NCBI GenBank assembly: GCA_051362555.1
Contig: CM120640.1
Location: forward strand, 6,634,001 to 6,698,000
Origin: Lingula anatina
Taxonomy: Eukaryota; Animalia; Brachiopoda
Direction: 5' to 3'
Length of the DNA stretch: 64,000 nucleotides
Shown here: positions 56,101-64,000 of the stretch, in pieces
Position numbering within the stretch: position 1 is the first letter of the stretch
Layout: every line of letters starts with the position of its first letter
Made by a program: the position numbers and the translations under genes
Notes under the pieces: model-generated
The model's input: the letters and a program-made list of their open reading frames with translations, nothing else
Told to the model about the DNA's origin: nothing
The model's database searches: none

Positions 56101-59100
56101 TCTCCACTCTGGTTCAGTTGTGATACCTGCTCCTCCTTGGCTGACAACTGGCTCTTCAGTTCACTGACTTCACTCTCCTTCCTCTGCACCAGCTCCTGCT
56201 TGTCCTTCTCGTAAGTCTCTGTCATTTTGGTCATTTTGTTGTTGGACTTGTTTAGTTCCTCTTGCTACAATGCAAATAATGGTAAGTTGTTTCAGCCGTC
56301 TTTTCCAACTTAAAGATATGACTTATTCTTCGGATATGATTTAAGACACAGCCTAATCCGAAATTGGTATCATTTAAAAGATTACTCCAATAGACAATTC
56401 CTTATATTTCAGTTGTATGAAAACATTGTCATGAAAGGTGAACACACTTTATCTTTTCATAAAAGAATAAGGCCAAAATCCCTTTAAAAATGCAGGGAGA
56501 TCCATATGAACTGAATTGTAATTGCTTCTTTCTTTCCAAAATAACTTTCTCTCTTACGTATATACCCACAAACACACAAAACAATAAAAACATCACAGAG
56601 GTAATAGCAACTAGTTTTCAGTGATAACACAGGTGCCCCCTCACCATCTCATCCAGTCTCTCCTGGAAAGAGTTAATGTCCTGCTGGTGCTTGGACAGGA
56701 GCACCTCTGTCTCCGCCTCACTCTGCTCCTTGCCCTGTCGAAGGAGGTCTTCGAGTTTTCCAACTTTTTGTGTAGAGCTGGACAAGCTTGCTTGGAGCTC
56801 TTCCAGCTTTCTGTTGATTGCAAAATTGAGTTTAGAAGAAATGTTAATCGGTTGTTTTAGTATACAAAATATAGCATATCACACAATTTCATCAGATAAT
56901 CGGATGTGATGTTTTCAAATGTTTGTTTCCACTTTTTCTCTCTATAAAAAGTGTAATCACTTAGGCATCTAAATAAATTTTTAGCACCAAAAACATCACT
57001 ATAATAGTATTTCAATGGCTTGTTTTAAAATGGCAAACCATTAACATTTTTGGAACAGCATTATGAACACTTAATGTTAAAAGCTAACATACTCTGCATC
57101 TTGTGTATTCAAAACAACATAACTGGCAACTAAAGACAAAATGGTTTTCAAAACTATGGTTACAGGTTGTATTTGCAAGCCCCAAAGACAAGCTTTAAAG
57201 CTTATATCATCAAAGTATCTTAGTAGTTATAATTTAATTAATGCACTTACTAACATATGACACATATAAGCTTATATCATTATAGGCTATATATCATATT
57301 AGAGCAAATTCATTTTCACATTTGATAAATAATATCACTGTGGGAGTAATGTCAAAATAACTGAAGAAGCACAACAAATCATAAACTTAAACACTTTTTT
57401 AAATCACACACACACACACATGAAAAATAAGACTACAAACCAAAAGCGCAGATGACAAGACTGACCTATCTTTCTCGCGCAGCTGTTCATTCATCATGGA
57501 GAGCTGCTCAGAGCTGTCTCCTGAATGCTTCATCAGCTCTGCTATCTGATGCTCCTTTAAGAAAACAACAACATAAAAAGATTTGGGGGTAAGTTAAGAC
57601 CACAGCCATCTTTCATGTTGATCAGAAGACATAGTTGACCCCCCTCCCTGAACTTCTATTCTTCCTTTCTTTCCATGTTAATAATGTTAATGGGCATCTT
57701 CAAGTGGATGCATTTACTTTACCAATGGAGAAGGTAACAGAAAATATATTTCTACAGCATTTTGGGATAACCAAAAGAAACAAATTTGACTTGGAAAATA
57801 TTGGAAAGATGGCTGTGTAAATGGACTATAAAATTGAGTGCAATACAAGCAGTACTAAAGCATACAACATACATATATTAGCATGACAGTAGTTGACAGA
57901 TATGGGTGTGGCACTCATATAGTGTTTTCAGGGTGTAGTGCTGGCCATGCCACTGCAAATGCATGAAGCTGTATCTAAAAACCTTACATTTCTTTCTGTA
58001 TTTAAACTATAATACAGACAGTAAGTCGGTGTTCATGGGCAAATATCTGTTTCTACACAAATGATTAAAATGTATGTAATTATCAAACTATTGAATTTAA
58101 ATTGAGACTGACACCTAGAAAACTATAACTTATATTGCTAGTATCACACAGCTTTGCCATACAATACATTTTACTACATTAGAGCTGACAGGCAAATTTA
58201 GTTTACTGCACATACAAGGCTACTGCAAGCAACAAACACTTTTTACTGTGAACATTAGAATTTACATCAGTGAAAATAATATACATCAAAAAAATATATA
58301 CCGGAGAAAGATTTGAATAAATGCAATTCATATAGACAGTGAACATTTTCTTTACCAGCTTATTTTTATCTTCTGTGAGATGTTCTCCCTTCTCATCACT
58401 GGCCTTAAGCTGTCTCTGGAGATCTAAGAAGATGAAATTTCACGAATTAGACATTTTCACAAATATATAAAACTCATAAATACAAAATTTTCCCTTTGCC
58501 TATAATACCCAGAATCTCAGTCAGAGTTAAGCTTAAAATAATTAAGAGTTTTCTGTCCCATTCATAGAAGTAAAAAAAGCAGTTTTCTGATCATTAGCAA
58601 ACCTTCATAGTCTTCATTTCAGTTAAGAACAAAATTATTTGGTGTTTTCTACCCTGCTATTGTATAAAAACTCGTCTTGCCTGATATCTGTGTCTTGAGG
58701 TCCTGTAGTTCTGCACCAAGTGTGGAGGAGGCTGTGTCACTGCTGGCCAGTTTCTGCATAAGTTCTACAGAATATAAAAAACAAACATTTACCACTATGT
58801 GTTAGAACCATCCTGCCATACCCAGGCAAACAGAATACAATGCTTCAAGCTACAGCTCATGGAATCAATACTGAGACAGTTTGAAAAGAGTAACCAAAAA
58901 TCCATAACAAGACCAAAGGGGTAAGAATCTCCTTGATTTAGAAGATGCTTTCATAGCAACTACTTTATCTTAAAATGCGATATCATCACTTGTGCTTACC
59001 AGGAATAGTTACTTAAGGATTCTACAAAAAAAACCCGACTATTCCAGGGAGATTTACATACCAAAGTGAAAAGTTATTGTTAACCACCGAGCACTACAGG

Positions 59101-62100
59101 AGTGAGATTCTGAATTTACAAATTCTTAGCATTGTTCAGGCTAGATTCTCCATTTCTTATTTAGGCTGACTAAATTGTTAAGTTTATATTTCCAGTGTAC
59201 TCGGGAGCTTAGAGCCAGCCAAAAGAGGTGGTCTGTGTGACCCAAGGCAGCAGACAACAGGTCAGTGTTGTGAAATGCGACTCCAGGCACTCAATGTTGG
59301 ATTAAACAGGGTCATAACAAAATCTGAACTTTTAAGTTTCCTTCTGTCTAATTCAACATAAAAATAAGTCTTTTTTGCAGTTATTTGCCATTACTTTTTG
59401 ACAGATGATGGGCAGATAATTGTAATTGGTCTATTTAGATGACCAGAGCAAACAACAGCAGCTCCAAATATTTGTCAATGAGGTTCATTTGCGTATGTGT
59501 TTTTCAACTTGTATTTAGTGCACATACTCAGTTTTTCACTTTCCTACTCCACTTAATCATTTTTTACTTTTTTTTCTTTTTTTTTTTTTTTTAACAGAGT
59601 CTGACTAAACAAATTGCTCTTTGTATACCAAACATAAAATGAACACAAATGGAAAGTAAACCAGTATACCACTGACTGGCCAGAAAATAACATCACATGC
59701 CAAAAAAAGACTTACCATCTATTGTTTCTTGTTGTTTTTGTCTCTTGCTTTGACCAGAAGTCAGCTTCTCTTCCTAGAATAAAAATACAGCACAAATATT
59801 GACCCCTTCCATAAATAAATATTAAATATCTACAACTTCTAAAAAATTCTGGTAATTCTTTTAAAGACTGCAAAACAGTTAGCTTATGTACGTAAGTAAT
59901 GTGCATGACTGGCTGTTCTTAATGTTATTCACAACACGCTTGCTTTGAGGACAATTTAACACTAGATGTCAAAGAACTTTCTTGTCAGCCATAGGTGCAT
60001 CACACTTGTTACTTTATCTCAATATTTACATATGGCAGAAAATGTATAAATATGTCAAACAACCTCTTAACTTGATCAATCAATAGACCAAGGTCCCTGA
60101 ACCTTTGAAATATGATAATAATTACAATAATAATAAGAATTATTATAATAATTATATTTACCAAAAGTTTAAAATCAAATATACTTTATATTCAGCTCTA
60201 AAGCTATCGAGGTGACAAGAAAACACCATGTCACTGCTGTAGGGTAAAGTGTGACACTAGATTTTTTATCCTCTAAAATCTTTGCTGTATTTCCATCATC
60301 TGGGGGTAATTGAACTGCATATATAATATGCAACCAAAGGAGAAACTGTATACTGAAGTACTTAATGTCTTCTTTAATTTGCATTTACTGTTATTCTGAC
60401 CCTTAATGTGTGTCTGAGATATTAACTAAAAAGCTTAGTATAAAGCAATCACCAACATCTTAAATATAATAATAATATTTATTTTAATTCTAAAATCCAG
60501 TTATGTTCAATAGACTTACAATTTGCATGTAAAATACAAGTAAAAAATCATTAACAAAAATTGATTTAAATTATGTATAATTAAAAGTCCGTTAATCCAT
60601 CAAGTCCATTTAAATGTAATTAAACAATCCTAGAGTCATAAAAATTTCAGTTATAATTTTTTTCAAAAGATATGTCTTTAATTCCTTCTTTAGAAGTTTC
60701 CAGAGAAGCTATACTGCATAGTTAAAAGTTGAAATTCATTTGATGCTGCAACTTGAAAAGAATTATCCCCATATGAGATAAGTCCATCTTTTCAGGGTGT
60801 CAAAAGCACAAGGTCAGAGAAGCATTATTGGCAGGGAGGGGCAGGGATCACATAAAGCAAGAAGAAATCCCACAAATACGTTATAAAGCAGCATGGACAT
60901 CAGCTTTAAGTATAAAGAGAATTCAAGCTCTAATGGGTAGCCAGTAAAGTTGTTTGAGGAACAACAGCCATGATGTGACTGTCACAAGGTGTGTGGGTAA
61001 ATATACCAGCAGAGATATTTTGAATGCACTGTGGACATTTGACTTTCTCTAGCAGTCAGAAATGGATTATAGTTAGAGGTATGACAAGGGCATTTATGAC
61101 AGAAGCAGTAGAGGAATCAACGAGATTATTTTCAGTTATGTGATGCTTATGATATGAAACAAGCATGATGTAGAAATGTGTGATATTTGTTTGGCCATAA
61201 ACAGAGGTATCTACATACACCTCTGTATTTTTTGCATTAAAAGCAAAATTTTCACCAATCTTGATAACAACTACTTTGTCATGAGACTGTTTGATGATGA
61301 GTAGTTCCGTTTTACTGTCATCGATCATCAGTTTGTTCTTAACCTTCCAGGCCCCAAGACCAGACATACTGTTTTTCATTTTTGTTTTGTGAAAATTTAG
61401 TTTTTTTTTTTTAAATATTACAGGGAGTATACAGCCGAGTATCATGATACTGCCAAGTATCATGAGTGTCTATGTATTGGAAGCAAGTGTTTTCATCAAG
61501 AAGTAGTGTTGAGATACAAAACTGGAGAGGACCCAGTACACTTCCTTGAGGAATACTGTGCACTAGTTCCAACAGACCAGACAAAATTCCTTCAACTGAC
61601 ACTTGTTGTGTCCTGCCTTTCAGACAGTAGTGGAGATACTCAAGAGGTTTGTCTTTGATCCAGATGCTCTCCTCTAAGAAAGTGAGAAACAATTGATGGT
61701 TTACAATATTAAATGCTGCTGTAAGGACTAGTAACAGGAATGAGTATATTTCTAAACCCACAAGAAAAAAATCACCAGTAAAGGCATTTTCTTCCAATAA
61801 GATAATGCAAGATAATATATAAGATAAAAATGATACATACACACACAAACATTCTGCTATCTCTTTAGGATAAGCATAAGTGTCTCAATGCTCCAAATGA
61901 TTCTGAACATACTACATATCTACCATGGTATTTCATTCCCAAAAAGATTCACTTACCATTTCAGACATTCTGTTTTCCAACTGAGAATATTCTGAAATTT
62001 TTCTACTCAATTCTTCTTCAAGCTCTTTTATTTTGATATTCTTCTGTTGCAACTCCTCACTAAACTGACTAGCCTGGAGACAGAAAGTTAGGACATATTA

Positions 62101-63744
62101 AAAGAAAGACTACAGCCAATTAGAATATGCTTTTGAAATAAATAGAATGAAAAAAAAATTACTTAATTAATGTAGCCATCAAAGCGTAGCTTTAAAGTTT
62201 AGGCAAGTATCACTTCTCTCAACTTATTAAATGTGTGTAAATGACTTAACAACATACCTTGGCTCCAGATTCAGCATTAGACGTTTCATAGTCCTGGATT
62301 TGTTTCTCTGCCTGATTTAGCTTGTGAGTCAATTCTTCTATTTGATCTAGATATTCCACAGAAGAATCTTCAGAAGCCTTGGTTTTGGCTTTTTCAGTCT
62401 CAAATTCAGTCTGTAACCAAGATAAAAATTAGTTATTATTATTTTTTGATAACTGAACCTGAATGTAAATTCGGAAATCTTCAACATGCTATTTCTGATA
62501 TCCTCAAAGGTATACATATACATGCATCCACACAAACCATCCATCTTCTTTCAAAACCTTATTCTTCTATTTATTCTTGGTTTAAGAAATCAACCTACCT
62601 TAACTGTCCTGAGTTCTTCTGCCAGTTTGTCTGCTCTGGCCCTCTCTTCTTCTATCCTCCTCTCAAGTTGTTGCTGCTTTGCCTCTTCCTCCTCAGTTTT
62701 ATTCTGTAACAAATGTGGGTCTGTTGTAAAGCTTCAGGCACATAGAACAATTTATTACTTAGCATTCATCTCATGATTCGCATTCTTTTGTTCTCATCTT
62801 ACGAATTTCATAAAGTGTATTACATTATCTGCTCAATATTCACTTTTGCTTTTGATATAGTATAAAATTTCAGTTGCATTACTGTTTAGCCTTGAGAAAC
62901 TGACGTCATTACCTCCAAGTCATCCTTGATAATGCTCTCTTCTTCAATAGCAAACTGCAAGTCTTCTACTTTTCTGAAAACAAAGAGTAAAAACTTACAA
63001 CAACTGGCTCCCTGCAAAGATTCATTCAGCTTATTCTCCTCCTTCAGCTTAGTTACATCAATGTCAAGGTAAACTGAGTAAGATCATTTCCTATATCGTA
63101 AATACTCCAATTACACTACTGGTTCTCCTCCATCTCAGAGAGTGCCGAGGTAAAATATTAACTTCTTTTCTACAATGTAAATATAATCTAGACATGCTGT
63201 GTGCATACCTATTCTCCTCCTCTAGCTGTGCCTTCAGCTCTCTGTTCTCTTTGCCCACCTCTTCCATCAGTGCCTTCATCTGCTTCATGTTCTCCTCGTT
63301 CTCCAGCACATACCTCTCATGTTCAGCTTTCAGAGACGCCAACTGGGACTCGGCCTGGGGGAGGACAAAATGAAACGCATTGCAACATTTTGATCAATTT
63401 TTCATATGCTGTATTATCTAAGGTAATTTTTCACAGGAAGGGCAAAATGGAACATTATGCAACACTTTTGATCCATTTTGATTGAAAATGAATAACCTAA
63501 GGAAATTACCATACCAAACTATCATGCACCATTTGACCTATATTTATTATCCATATTTACTTTTTAGATGTCATAAATCTTCATGTTTTTTCTGAATCAT
63601 AAATAGTTCAGTTAAATTTTCCAGAAATGACTGAGCACGTCCTACCTCATCCACCTGGGATGCTGCCCTGGCGACCTCTGACCTCTCCATGTCCCTCTCC
63701 TTCAGCAACTGCTCTATATGCTCCTCCTTCTCCTTCAGTGCTTT
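50133..63744 (-). CDS. CLIP1: CAP-Gly domain-containing linker protein 1 (CLIP-170/CLIP-190), 3' part; the 5' exons lie beyond the window
   Basis: About 20 coiled-coil exons, including [39 protein letters not shown] and [17 protein letters not shown]-terminal zinc knuckles [20 protein letters not shown] and [17 protein letters not shown], ending DDEQTF* (TAG 50133-50135). Confidence 0.93.
60655..61730 (-). mobile_element. Decayed 5'-truncated CR1/L2-clade LINE (reverse transcriptase and 3' end of ORF2) in a CLIP1 intron
   Basis: Frameshifted remnants [48 protein letters not shown] and a KT.LF-like terminus, in the expected order. Confidence 0.82.
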
Positions 63745-64000
63745 CTGAAATATCAGCCTGGCCATTAGCAACATTGGTCTATTAAACCTGGTCTAACTAT
63801 GATCTTAATCTCATCAAATGAACAGTTGGTGGCCAACAACCATCACCCGTTGGTGTGAAGGGAAGTAATTCATGGAGGTACATATCTTTCAGTATATTAT
63901 GCCTAAAGTGACATAACATGATATACAGACACTTCAATAAAAATGAAAATTGACATTGCTTTGATTTTATCTTTACCTGCAAGGCTTGTGTGGTGGCTGT

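Overview
AT-rich, intron-containing animal genomic DNA, most likely a marine invertebrate such as a mollusc or other lophotrochozoan (inference). It is not prokaryotic, and I see no CRISPR array, rRNA or tRNA. Gene order: (-) small gene with a CBM48-like N-terminus at the left edge; (-) ARL13B; (-) PRDX4; (+) CCDC181, head-to-head with PRDX4; (+) SENP6/7-type SUMO protease; (-) a candidate two-exon 82-aa gene absent from the ORF track; (-) a secreted GH18 chitinase with four atypical 8-Cys chitin-binding modules; (-) the 3' part of CLIP-170/CLIP1. Introns and UTRs hold several non-autonomous DNA transposons and a decayed LINE. The most striking structure is a three-level nest in PRDX4 intron 3. 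A Harbinger-like element inserted inside the 5' splice site and rebuilt it. It contains a Helentron-like element with a 146-bp tandem array rich in nuclear-receptor motifs and an 816-bp duplicated end, and that element contains an IS3EU-like palindromic MITE. All calls were made by eye; exon boundaries may be off by a few bases.
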